A stretch of 64,000 nucleotides of DNA from Laetmonice hystrix. Lineage: Eukaryota. Positions 25,191 through 37,400 of the stretch are shown in pieces. Position 1 is the stretch's first letter; every line of letters begins with the position of its first letter. The DNA is taken from positions 42,534,001 to 42,598,000 of the forward strand of contig OZ249436.1 in the NCBI GenBank assembly GCA_965235115.1. Reading direction: 5' to 3'. The translations under genes and the position numbers were made by a program. A model generated the notes under the pieces. The model made no database searches. It was not told where the DNA came from and saw only the letters and a program-made list of their open reading frames with translations.

Positions 25191-25376
25191 TGCACGCGCG
25201 ATAAGGACATCACTAGAATTGCGGTTCATGGCTGATCGTACGTGTGCATTTCGACTAGCACCACATATTTAAGGTTGAAATGATCAGTTTCAAAAATGTG
25301 TTTACTGGGGTCCATATAAGTCTATCATTGACGCATGTCTTGGACAAGGGCCCGGTTTTTTTGGGTTTACTTTTCC

Positions 25377-25569
25377 ACCGTGACCAAGGGTGAGCTGAGC
25401 AAGGGCGAGCATGAGCTCATGCTCACCGTTTTCGGGGTTTTTTTCGTGAGCCTGCTTACCATGAGCACGTCTCACGCCCCGCCCCCCCCCCCCCCCCCCA
25501 ACACGGAAACGGTGAGCATGAGCTCATGCTCACCCTTGCTCAGTTCAGCTCACCCTTGCTCACGGTGGA
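25377..25569. mobile_element. Small foldback/MITE with long inverted arms
   Basis: CCACCGTGACCAAGGGTGAGCTGAGCAAGGGCGAGCATGAGCTCATGCTCACCGTTT pairs with AAACGGTGAGCATGAGCTCATGCTCACCCTTGCTCAG...CTCACCCTTGCTCACGGTGG. Confidence 0.7.
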
Positions 25570-25635
25570 GTGGTGGGAGGGTATTTGGGGTTTTACGCCT
25601 TGCAACAGTGTTTACTGGGGCAAGAGCGATCATAG

Positions 25636-25721
25636 TGTTGGGAGTGGGGTGAAAAGATACATCAGCCCCCCCCCCCATATCAAAAGGGGGGCTGATGTAT
25701 CTTTCCACCCCATCCCCAACA
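25636..25721. repeat. Short inverted repeat (hairpin; probable MITE remnant)
   Basis: TGTTGGGAGTGGGGTGAAAAGATACATCAGCCCCCC ... GGGGGGCTGATGTATCTTTCCACCCCATCCCCAACA. Confidence 0.75.
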
Positions 25722-26899
25722 TTCGGTGCTCGCGGGACACCACACATCAGCGTACTCTCTGATGCCACTCAAAAAATGGTTTCCATGCATGAAATAGGCC
25801 TAATATGCACGTAAACAATCTATAATTAATGACGAATATCCGTTGATAATTGTCAAAGTATTCTCGCGAAGTGGCGAATAAGTGACGAATATGGTATATG
25901 TGTTACAGTAATTATTTGGCGAAGTGGCGAATATGTGGCGAATATCAATTTCATTTTTTCACATAAGTGGCGAATATGTTCTTAGCATTATAAATTTTTA
26001 TAATGTGGAAAATATTAATATTATTGTTATATTCAACCTTTGATGCCCTTCTGGAGAAGTTTATCCCCAGTTTGGACCCGTTTAAACAGGGGTACATCAT
26101 CCGATTGTGATATTACCACCTTGAAGAAAGGGGCAAAATCTTTATCCTCGTTTTTCTCCCTTTTACATAAATCGCATATTCGCCGGTTCGCCGACAAGGC
26201 AGCGATATATGAAACAGTTCCACTAGTTGAGCTAATATAATAATAAAAAGAAATGACAGAAATAAGTTAATGTGCGCATTAATATAAAGAGGTACACTCG
26301 CCCCGTCTCCTACTCTCCCTTCCCATCCCTGTCGAGGCGGTTTAAAGACGGCAGAGTAATCAACCTCACGCAAATATCTTCCGAGTGATCGGGGGGTTCC
26401 TACCAAGAGCCTCGCCAGCTCCAGTCTGTAAATCATGAAGTCGTCCGTCCCCTGCACACGTGCACTCATGTGATTAGAATGAGATTGGGTCCTGATTGTG
26501 GCTATAGGTACGATTGGCAACCAGCAGGGTTCACTAATCGGCCTCCTCATCAGCCTACCTGAATAACACCGACCCCGTTCTTAACGATGTGGCCTTTTAT
26601 TGTAAATCTTTCATCATGTTCGACACGACCGACATATTAGGGGTTCCACCAGATCTACTGGCGGCAAGCTAATACCAAGACTTCTCTGACTGTTCATTAA
26701 CAGCCAGCCAGGAATAGGTATGAAATCCTTGAAATTACCCCCGTAACACGCCACATGTACAAGACACAGACAAGAGGAGAGTACCTGTCGGTAAAAGTAG
26801 CACACACTATGAACAAATGCCTCCTCTGATGATTTGTTTGGGTAAATACTGGTACAAAGAGGTAGCGAACATCACAATGGGTGTATTTCATTTGCCTTT

Positions 26900-28850
26900 T
26901 CATCTACATCCTGACAGCTTTTATATAGATGGTTTGGGCTTAATGTAATAGGAACATGTGCAGTTTCGTTACATAAAGTTGGTTCGGAGACTACTTCATG
27001 CCAGAGCTTTGAAATAGGAAGAACTAGGAAATAAAATTGAATGAAAAATTTGATATCATAATAGGTTCATTATACTTAGTCCCCATTTGAAAGGCATGCT
27101 TTCTGCACTCAAAGCCTGGATGGTCCCTGTCTAACGTTTTTATTGTTGTAATTCCACAGAACAAAGTACGCGTCTGTCTTGTCTCATTGGAGGTCAGATA
27201 TTAGATAAACGTGCGGGCTAGGATTACACAATACCGAGTGAGTGATTCAAGGAATAAATACTACACTTCTTGTTATATCAAATGACTTCATGATTGTCGA
27301 TAAAGAGTTGAACCAAGTTGCTAACATTAGCGATGGGGTTGATTTGGCGATGTACTTACCATACGATCCACCAATTTATGCATTTATTATTCTCTGAAAA
27401 TTATTGGGAGAATTGGAAGCAAGGACTGAAATTCAGTATTTACACCCACGCCCAAACCATTGGAATTATTCAATCCTCTCATCGTAGCTGTAAACTCTCC
27501 TGTTTTTGTTTAATCTGACAGTTATCCATCCCCGTTCAAATGAAGAACTTCCCGGGTATTTCCCTAGAGAAACGCAACTGTAAACTTTCTTCAGAACCTA
27601 GAGTTTGTGTTTGTAATGAATAATAGCAGTTTTAGATCTTGCCAACCTGTTAAATGTAATTCTAGTTGCAGCGGCTTAGTTTCTTCCAATGTTAAGGACT
27701 TAACGATCTATAATGAGAAGTTATAGCTACAGTATAATGTGCGACTACGTCCAACAGTCTATAGGCAGCTGAATCTAAGTCTTTATTGGTACTTTCTGCG
27801 TGGTTGAAACACTTTTTTTTGGCGGGAGGAACGACAAGATTTGCAGCATTCAGGTTTGAACAGTCCCTGTTGGCGCGCAGGTGCAGCTCGGTTGTCGTAT
27901 TTACTTGATGAGAAGACTTTAATTAAGGCCAATCTATGAAGTCGTTCCTTGGTAGATTCTGGCAATCATCTAACATGACGTTTCCTTGAGCTAGCAAGTG
28001 GTTGAAATATTCGAAATACCTTTAAGAATTCTGGCAGCGTCCATTCCTGGCTTGATGTGGAAGGTATTCACCATAGAACACAACGACCCGGTCCCGTTTA
28101 AAGATTAGTTTATTGCATCAGTTCGGCGACATAACATAACTGTCCCCTTTCTTTCGTTATTCGAATTTACAGTATATAAATGTAGCTGCCTTCACTTTGT
28201 CTAGCATGCAAGACGTAAACGAGTTCCGTGGAAGACAGTTGAGAGTGTGTCGAATAGTTTCTCCGCATACTTGGGTTAGGTTTTACTGTCAGCACTCGGT
28301 CAATGACCGAATTTAACCAGAAGTGAATCTGAATCCGAATTGGAATCCACGAAAACCCGAACATTTTCAAGATACTGAATACTCAGCAATTCGCTGAGGA
28401 TGGATGTGTACCCGGTCAATGGAGGTGTACATAAGATTTCTGGTAACTATTGGTAAGGTGGATGCTACCATACACTGGACCACCAACACTCGGGTATTTA
28501 CATCTGGAGATGAACCAATGTAAGTGGATACAATGAGATCGGCGAACAGTACACCTAGAAGAAAGTGACTGAGGACACTAGATTCAATTAGGCCATCCTC
28601 CGTTCATGCTTAGGCAATATAATCATCCTCCGCGTCCTCCAAGAAATACCCAGAGCGAATATCATGTGATTTCGTAATGCAATCATATCCAGCAAGTAAT
28701 CCTAATGTTTATGAATTTCAGGTTGACAATTGGTCGTATTACCAACGGTAAGTACGGGCAGGAAGATTACGCTGTTTTGGTTGGGTTGCCCTTATCATGT
28801 TTATGAAAAGAGAGGGGCTCGGAGGCTTGCTTAGTGGAAAACGGCAGAAG
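26900..28850 (-). mobile_element. Possible highly decayed DIRS/Ngaro-like retroelement RT-RNase H relic
   Basis: Minus-strand fragments appear in the expected order: SVIFL / IRPIVNLKFIN (~28700-28775), GSSPDVNTR (~28500), FWLNSV (~28310), LTGW (~27645), LGIV..PARLS (~27220). Many stops and frameshifts. Recognition by eye only. Confidence 0.35.
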
Positions 28851-30738
28851 CTGGAGCAGTAATTCCTCAGATATGCATAATTTCAGAATGATCCCTTTTT
28901 ATGTGCCATCAATTTGATGACAGTGAACGTATAATCAGCCAGCTTTTAATGAGGACGCGGCATGACAAATTAATTACGGAATGTAGTGGAAACCGATGGT
29001 CTCCTCTCAAGGGAGCAATCCCCCTGTCCCCGCAGCACAACCCCTCAGGGGGTCAAACATAGGGGGGGGGCTACCTGACACGGGCACGAAACATGAAACT
29101 ACCAAAAAAACAACCATACCCACTGGGTATGCGAGAACAAAGTTTGGACAGGTAGGGCCTTCGGTCAATTTCATCTCATATAACGGTGCATAGTTACTGA
29201 GGCTGTGACGGGATGGAAACCATCCTTAGATGATGTACTGGGAACTGGTAATGAGAATGTTAACCTTAGCATGTCAGATTTACTGATGCCGACATAACGA
29301 TGATGATGACATGTCTGTCATACATACACAAGAGATCATGGGCTGGTTAGAATGGTTTCACTACCTCACACACCCACACACCCACACTTTTGTAATCTCA
29401 ACACTCCCTCACGGAGGGACATTTACAGTTGTACTCTTGAAAATTATCCATTTTTACAGCAAAAACCAGCAACAGTGTCCTTCGGACCGCTTGTATGTAC
29501 ATTTCTATATACATATAATCCTGCTTCAGGGGGTAAAAATGACCACGCAGACCTAAAACCACTAAATGGAAGCATTCGAATTCATTCTCAAGTTTCGGAC
29601 GATTCACTGTCATCAAAAACACAGGTAAATCTTTGGTAAGCATTGGAAATGTACAATGTATAATGACAAACAATCAGGTCAGTAATAGTCTCTGCCCACA
29701 GTAGGCATTGTCTCTAAAAATACACGCAGTTAGAAAAACTTTGATTTCACTTTCTCTGGGCACTTATTTCATTTCCAAACATCAGCCATAATATTATAAC
29801 AAGACGTCATCAAGCCTTTTGATGGTAAAATATTGGGTATATAGACCTAACAATATACAGAATCTGGGGGTTATAGCATTACTTATATACATATTACTAT
29901 ACAAATCTTGAAAAATATTTGATTTCTATTTGTTTCAACTCAGTCTGGATTCACCAGCTACAAAAAGGCACATGCTATCATCTTGTAAATTATGAATGAG
30001 AAAATACATGAACACAATAAATGACATAAAAATAAAGCATGCTCATATACTGGAGCACAACATGGACGCCTGGTGATAAAGGCAGGGCTGTTGACCCCGG
30101 CTGTTATACATACATACATATAGAAGACGTAGAGAACTGGCCAGGGCCCACAGTTACAGTGTAAACTGTCCTCTGAATACACCTACCTACACACGGGTAG
30201 ACTACAACAATAATCACCTCCAGGGCTAACTCCATGTCGGTGACGATAACTCATTGTTCACAGCACAGACTCTGCGATATTATCACAAAACATTCACATA
30301 CAAGTCTTGGACCTGTCCACATGCATCACTCCCACGTCATACTACAACTACTAAACGCCTGTTACAAACTCTATGATAGTATCCAGAACGATTCTACAAA
30401 AAGCATATCTGGTGGAGGAGAATAATACAGTATATACACTGCTCCCAAAGCTATTTAAATTCACCAGCAAATCAACTGCTGCCATTGCGGTGTCTTTGTT
30501 CTCATGCTTATTTTACTTCATACACGATATCTGAGGATCCTAATTACTCTCACTAAATCATCTCTATAACATGGGCTTTTATAGTCAACTGTCAACTGTG
30601 TCGCTGACTGGTCCCCAAGCTTTAATATCAACCTCTGTGACATAATGAATACCTTACAACAGGAGTCGAAGTCTCCCCGACATTGACGTATTGCAGCGTG
30701 GTCCTTGCCCCGGCCTGTAACCGACAACTCAGCCCCGG

Positions 30739-31842
30739 CTAGGACGGCGCTGGTTTAAACCTGGACATATAGTGCCGACAATCGGGACAATAAAGATCAT
30801 CAATTTCTACTTCTTTCTTCTGGCACAGACTACACCGGGACAAGTCAGGATCCGCCTCGCCGCTACTCATCGACGAACCGGTATCCTCGTCAAAGTCCGA
30901 ATCGTAGCCGTTTCGCTTTACCTCGGGGAGTAAATCCCCGTTCGTGCTTGGACTAATACTACAGTCCCTGTCCACCCCACACTCGCCAGTAGTCTGTGGG
31001 TCGTTCACCCTTCGCTTGCTCAACTCGAGGACCTTAGACACATACTGTATGTAATCGATCTCCTGCGCTGACACCTCGTCAGGATCGACAACCAGGGCAA
31101 TGTTGTCGGAAAAAGTCACGCTTTTCTTCCTCCGCCGACCGCCTTTCTTTTTCAACGCCGACTTTGGCCGTTTAGGCTGTCTTACAAAATCAGCCTGGAT
31201 TCTATTGTTTTCGCAATTACCTGGACTATCCGATATTCTGCCACCCCTACTAGAGCCATCTGTACTGTCATAACTTGTATCGCCCTTCAAGCTTCGTAGG
31301 GCACTACTGCTATTACTTTCTAGGGACGAGAGACTAGACCGGTCTCCACTTTCTGTCGGTGGAGCGAAAAATGTCGAAAAAGTGCACTTTGTCCGTTGTG
31401 GCTTCATTCTGAACCCATTTACTTTTTTTTGAATGGGAACTGTGCTGGCTTCAATGTTGGCCACCAGTGAGCGGACGGTAGTTGGGTTGGCGCCTTCCGA
31501 TTCCGGATCCCGACCGGCTGCTATTGTTGGGTCCGGTAACGTTCCCACATTCTGCTCGGCAGGGTGTAGCGATCTGGCCTGGTCGGCCGTCACTGGCAGT
31601 GACGGATCTTCCCTCACTGAGGCTGGCAGAACACCATTAGTACAAATAATAGATGAAGAATCAAGCTGTCCGACCCCCGGACTGCGATCGGCTGGTGTAG
31701 GGGCTCGTACCACGGATGTCCGTTTTTCTGGCTCACTCCTGAGACGGTTCCCCAGGTCCTCGTGACGAAGGCTCTCACTGTCGCCCACTGCGCTGGTCAT
31801 ACCTTTGTCTGGGAGCGACAGCTGGACGCCTGCTGACTCCAC
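30739..31842 (-). CDS. USP54: USP53/USP54 (echinus-like) gene, terminal coding exon (RVxF-like motif and C4 zinc finger)
   Basis: Acceptor ttattgcAG|GTG (phase 0 for the long frame), then 367 sense codons to TAG. Contains KSALKK...KKSVTFSD and CSLCQKK...YCPDCRHYMSRFKP. Same strand as and downstream of the USP exons. The link to the upstream exons is inferred. Confidence 0.75.
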   Translation of the reverse strand: MESAGVQLSLPDKGMTSAVGDSESLRHEDLGNRLRSEPEKRTSVVRAPTPADRSPGVGQLDSSSIICTNGVLPASVREDPSLPVTADQARSLHPAEQNVGTLPDPTIAAGRDPESEGANPTTVRSLVANIEASTVPIQKKVNGFRMKPQRTKCTFSTFFAPPTESGDRSSLSSLESNSSSALRSLKGDTSYDSTDGSSRGGRISDSPGNCENNRIQADFVRQPKRPKSALKKKGGRRRKKSVTFSDNIALVVDPDEVSAQEIDYIQYVSKVLELSKRRVNDPQTTGECGVDRDCSISPSTNGDLLPEVKRNGYDSDFDEDTGSSMSSGEADPDLSRCSLCQKKEVEIDDLYCPDCRHYMSRFKPAPS

Positions 31843-32475
31843 CTGCAATAACAACGACCAATCCATTATATTACAGCTTTTAATCCACCATAAGACGACT
31901 TAGGCCGTGTTCACACCTAGTTGCCGGTGTGAGATGCAAAATGGACCCCCCATAATATATGGACCCCCGGTCCATATTTCACAGTGAAATATGGACTCCC
32001 CCCATACGATATGGACCCCCCTCCGTTTTGCCTCTATTTTATATACAATGACTGGCCAAACTAGCAATATTATACAAAACAATCATTTCTGTCAGTTTCC
32101 ATAAAAAGGTTGCTTATTAGTAGGCCTAGGATTTAGGCCTACATCATGCCCTAAGCCTGGACTCCCACCACTCATCCAACATTGTTTATGGCAGCTGGGT
32201 CCTGAATTAATGACAGTATAAATGTGTTAAAGGAGCTATATTATATTACTAACTTTGAGTAGCATATGAAGTTATCCCTCTATTTTTCCGGGATGTGGGT
32301 CGAATTTAAATAGCGGAATGTGGACCCACCCCCTCCCCACCCCCATCCCCAGCTAATCTGCCCAGTTTATTTCCAAGGCCAGCGACTAAAGGAAGTTGCC
32401 CCGATGGACTTTACTTCAAAGCTTGAAAGCTTGATGAGCGAAACCTTGACAAACTGATATGTCTGAGTATGAGTA

Positions 32476-32655
32476 CAGGCGCGGATCCAGGAATTTTTGC
32501 AGGGGGGGGGGGGGGGGGTCCGAAAGATGCGAGCCGCTGGAGGAGGGGGCAAAAAGGCTGGGGCCCTTCCCCAATAACATAGCAAAAACCTAAGTTGGTC
32601 CTGAGCAGGGGGGGGGGGGTCCGGACCCCCTGGACCCCCCCCGGATCCGCGCCTG
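32476..32655. mobile_element. hAT-like MITE, 180 bp, 5-bp TSD GAGTA
   Basis: GAGTA|CAGGCGCGGATCC ... GGATCCGCGCCTG|GAGTA. Confidence 0.85.
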
Positions 32656-33299
32656 GAGTATCATTTCTATTATAAATAGGAGGCTCCAAATATATTTTGA
32701 CAATGAGCATAATCAAATACCTATAAGTGACAAGGAGACACGAATGCTTCCGTCCACCATATATATTTGCTTTTTGACTATCCTAAAAACGTTTCCTCCT
32801 AATGTATTTTCGTTAAAAAAAACATTCGTAGTCTCTTCTGTTGAGTACAACATTACATCGTATTGCGAAAACACGCCCGACACGGTGAGTGTTATGGATC
32901 CTAATTTGTATTAACAGTGATGTTAACGGAGCCATACAACCATTGTATGTACAGTGTATAGGTACAGTGCACGGTAGCTCCTGACCAAACATGAGGCACG
33001 TGCCGCAATCAACCCCTTGATCATTGTGCTTTTAACCCCAATAATAAGTGAGGCTTTTGACAAATCGAGGTTAAATTGTTGGCAAGAAAAGCAAATTTCT
33101 TACTAGAAGGACTTCACTCTTTGGTGGAGGCCACTTCACTTGTTTAAGAACACAATGCCAGTTATATCACTGTTTCAGGCCCTTTTGTAATTGCCCGTTA
33201 ATTGACACTAAGTTTATATATAATCAAGTCAGTGACAGGTAGACACGACTGCATCCGCCATAAAAATCGTTGATTGTCCTCTCAACCCCAATAATAAGT

Positions 33300-34075
33300 G
33301 AGATGGGGGGGGGGGGAGTGTCCATATTTCATAGTGTAATATGCCCCCCCCCCCCGAAGAATGAGAGGGTTCCATATTCATACCAGCTCACTGCGAGATT
33401 GAGGGATTTCATAGTGTAATATGGACCCCCCCCCCGAAGAATCAGAGAGGGTTCCATATTCATACCAGCTCACTGAGAGCTTGGGGGAGGGGGTGGCCAT
33501 AGTCACCTAGAGATTGGGGGTGGGGGTGGGTCCAAATTTCATAGTGTAATATGGACCCCCCCCCCGTGAAGAATGAAAGGTACCCATATTTCTACCAGCT
33601 CACTGTGAAATTGGGGGGGGGGGGTCCATAGTCACCTAGAGATTGGGGCGGGGGTACCAAATTTCATGGTGTAATATGGACCCCCCCCCCAGAAGAATGA
33701 GAAGTATGTTACGGCATATTTTGTCGGCGGCGAAAATATGCCAATGTTCGCCGGCGACAATATTTGCACAGCGACAATATATGCCGTAACAAAGTACCCA
33801 TATTTCTACCAGCTCACTGTGAGATTGGGGGGGGGGTCTATATTTCATAGTGTAATATGGACACCCCTCTCCCAAGAATGAGAGGGTTCAATATTCATAC
33901 CAGCTCACTGAGAGATTGGGGGGAGGGGTTCCATAGTCACCTAGACATTGGGGGGGGGGGGAGTCCAAATTTCATAGTGTAATATGGACCCCCCCCCTGA
34001 AGAATGAGAGGTACCCATATTTCTACCAGCTCACTGAGAGATTGGGGGGCGGGGTGTGCATAGTCACCTAGTGAA
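33300..34075. repeat. Imperfect tandem array inside the intronic transposon (units up to ~125 bp)
   Basis: Recurrent TTTCATAGTGTAATATGGACCCCCCCC-GAAGAATGAGAGG-CCATATT-TACCAGCTCACTGAGA-TTGGGGGG-CATAGTCACCTAGA blocks. Confidence 0.85.
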
Positions 34076-34311
34076 AATTCCCCCAATGAGAGGCTTCCCT
34101 ATCTATATTCCGACTATATTCCGACTAACATGACCATTTATAAAGAAATTGCTTTCGATTATCCTATGAACATTCAACGTTACATTTTAAGTTGTTATTT
34201 TCATTTAAAACAGTAGTTCAAACCCTAGAGTACAGCATTATTGCGACAAGACGTGCAAGAGGTGGGTGTTATGGAACTTAATTGTGTTAACGGTAATGTT
34301 AATGGAGCCAT

Positions 34312-34460
34312 CAGGGGCGGATCTAGCTTTCAGAAAAGGGGGGGGGGGGTGATGTTTGAGTGAAGGTGTCGAAAAGGGTCCGGAAGCATGCCGCCCAGCT
34401 AGCCTGTATAGTTTTTTGGCTCCATTTTGCACCCCCCCCCCCACAACCCTTAGATCCGCC
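34312..34460. mobile_element. hAT-like MITE with a damaged right end
   Basis: GCCAT|CAGGGGCGGATCTA ... TAGATCCGCCAT. A paralogous empty site GGAGCCATACAACCATTG lies at ~32928-32945. Confidence 0.7.
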
Positions 34461-37400
34461 ATACGACCATTGTATAGGTACGGTGCGCGGTAGCTGCTGA
34501 CCAAACTTGAGGCACGTGCCGCAATCAACGCCTTGCTCATTGTCATCTCAACCCCAATAATGCTTTCCCGTGTTTGGTTGATCATTGTCCATAAAGTGAA
34601 CAAAAAATCGGAGGGGGTCCATATTTCATGGGGGGAGTCCATATTTCATAGTGAAATATGGACCGGGGGGTCCAAATGTCACTATGAAATATGGACCGGG
34701 GGGCCATAATATGGGGGGTCCAATTTTCATATCACACCGGGACAGCGTCTACCGGCAGAAATGATCAAGTTTCATAAAGATCAGCGTCTGCCGGCAGATT
34801 TCCCTATAGTGTGAACACGGCCAGAATAATTATCGTACTACACTCTACCCTCAGTAGTATAGACGACAAATAACTATCCCCAGTCAACTAAGTCAGCTGA
34901 ACAAGCCAACTTGACTTCATTATTTTATTCATTACGGCTTGTTACATAGCAACCTTCAATCTTATATATATATATTTAATGCCCAGCACCAAGAAACTTA
35001 TGATCCGAGTCGTAACCAAGCCAATTACGTATACTATACAAACACGGTACTCAGGATAATCAGTATCTATGAAGCCATGCAAGTATATATTCTGGCTACC
35101 ATCAGCTCTTTAAAAGAGGCACGGTCTAAAAATAAAAGCATAATTCTGCTTCACCGTGATGTTTAACAGGGTCCATCTATCATGGCTAACGGCAAAAAAT
35201 GTCAGAGTGATCTCAAGAGTACTGGAAATGCATTCCATAATGGCAGTTCGCTGTACGAGCTCACAACAATCTACTGAAGGCCGAAAGAAACCTTTCATTC
35301 ACAAAAAGCTCAATGATGGCAATGTGCATTATGATTATAGGGGCAAAAATGCTCTCTGTAAAATGCATTATTCAAAAAAGCCACCCATGTCAGTTGCAGG
35401 AATTGGTGATAGAAAGAAAAGAATCTACCACCGCAATTCAGGTTATATTAGTAGGAACAAAAAATGCAAACGTAGGCGATGCGGTAACCCCAAGATGTAC
35501 CCCATGATTCCATCCGAATTCAGGTTAATTCTGCCACAAGTTGGAGATTCCAACGGCTGCAACATCATCGTCTAATTTCAAAGTCTGGCCACGAAATATC
35601 TTGCCACTGGTGTGATCTTCGCTGCCTTCGGCGACACCCAGTAATATAAATTGTAAACATTTTCTATCTGCCCACTGATAATATTCATACTCACAATCAA
35701 CGGGCTACAAGGAGGCCAACGTAGTAAGTGAGTGGTCACGGGTATACTGATGGCCGGCTATTTACATGGGGACCTTGTGGTAACAGCTTCGGCACCCACT
35801 CCCATATCTGGGCTTGCCATGGGCCGCAGGTCCCACTGAAGGCAATATCCGGCGCTCAGGCCCAGTTGGTATCATATGCACAGACTCATATGCCCGCTTA
35901 TGAAACATGAAAAAGTGCCCCTTCACTCACTCACAGCAGTCACAACCATTGTTAAATTAAACATTTCCCACCAACTATGGGACGGGCCATGATCGGATGT
36001 TCTGTGTATCGTACCGTTTTCTACAAGCCGACAAGTTTCGACCCTCTATGTCAGCCGCCTACTGATCAGTCATCCTGTATTGACCATTGTTTTAGCAGAA
36101 GGAATTATTCACAAGCAACTTGGCGGATTCAGTCGGGATTACGCTGAGCCTGAGATAATCCCAGAAAATAGATGGGTTGCGTTCCGGTAATCCCTGCATT
36201 ATTAAGGGACCATACGATTCACTTTCTCTGGTCTCCCGGTCATTATCTAACGAAATGGCCCCTTATGCTCACTTGGTTTATTGCTTCGGCTGACTACCTG
36301 GACCAGCTACTAATGCCAACTATGGATGGAACTCCTGTGTCGCAATTAGGGAAATAAATAAAAGCTCGACGTCTAAACGTAGCAATCTTTCAACCTGAAA
36401 ATTCGACTGGCCTGTAATATGATTCTTCCTAAATACAATTCGGATATTCAAACTCCAGCAATTGGGGAATATTTTCGCCGTTATAAATTGGTCTGCTGTA
36501 GTATAATGGGTGTCAGCATTGCTTTTTTAATACAGCGCCAGTAATACATTCTCCAAGTCTGGCAGGACTTGAGTAGGTCTCTATATCTAATCAAACATCA
36601 ACTAGAAACACAGTCAACGTGAGAGAAGGTTTTTCTTTAGCTGCGAACTGAAACACGACGAGTGTCATCACTGCTAGATATGTATCATTCATAGTTGCTA
36701 TATGCAGCAGCTCAAAACGGCAGCCCCCTTTTATTATAAACAGTGTTTTATAAACAGTGGCCAATAGAGAATGCCTTTCTTCTTCGTATACACATGATTG
36801 ATGACTGCTGGCATATTGACAGTAAAACACATCGTACAGCTTTTAAATTCTGTACGATTCTGTCAAATGATACTTGGAGCTATAGAAAGGCCCCTAAAGG
36901 ATGACGACCGTTGAGAGATGAGACTGCCTACACTCATTATAAGTGTGCCTAATTGCAATTCACTCCGCTGCAACCTTGGTGAATATTGTGAAGCGTTTAC
37001 TGTAAAGAGGGATAACATATGGAAAGCCCTGCCGTGTTTTCTACATCTCGATATTCCACTACTTACACCAAAAACCAAATGACGAGTATCTCGATTACGA
37101 AAAGGTTTTATTTTAACATAGGCCTATATCTATAAGCACTTGCCATTCAATTCTAATCTAAGACATGACCTGAGAGAATGATCACATTCTATGTATTCGG
37201 CCGTTTTTATCAGTATATATTCTTTGTTATTACGCAGAATATAAAGGTAATATAAGTCAAAAAGAGATTTCTGTCTTCTGTTGTACGAACGAGCCATTGT
37301 TTTGTTTTAAATACTGAATACAGTATTCAATAACCACCACAGTCACTTGGTGTATTTGGTGTGGAAACCCACTGTAAAATGACAGGCATTGAAACCATCG

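Larger units (their letters stand above)
21364..26224. mobile_element. TIR element with GGCGAATAT subterminal repeats, inflated by nested insertions
   Basis: ATATCGCTGCCTTGCTGGCGAACCGGCGAATATG (~21377-21410) is the near-perfect reverse complement of CATATTCGCCGGTTCGCCGACAAGGCAGCGATAT (~26175-26208). Multiple GGCGAATAT copies lie at 21400-21670 and 25865-25980. No clean TSD seen. Confidence 0.65.
31903..34822. mobile_element. Composite intronic insertion: outer Harbinger-like ends enclosing an inner TIR element
   Basis: Outer ends: GGCCGTGTTCACAC (31903-31916) and GTGTGAACACGGCC (34809-34822). Inner ends: CCGGTGTGAGATGCAAAATGGACCCCCC (31924) and GGGGGGTCCAATTTTCATATCACACCGG (to 34740), with ATATGGACC subrepeats. 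Confidence 0.75.

Noticed and set aside
24460..25229. CRISPR array (36-bp repeat) or repetitive protein ORFs of 188, 134 and 64 aa
   Set aside because: No spacers. The ORFs are by-products of a 36-bp tandem unit and are broken by indels.
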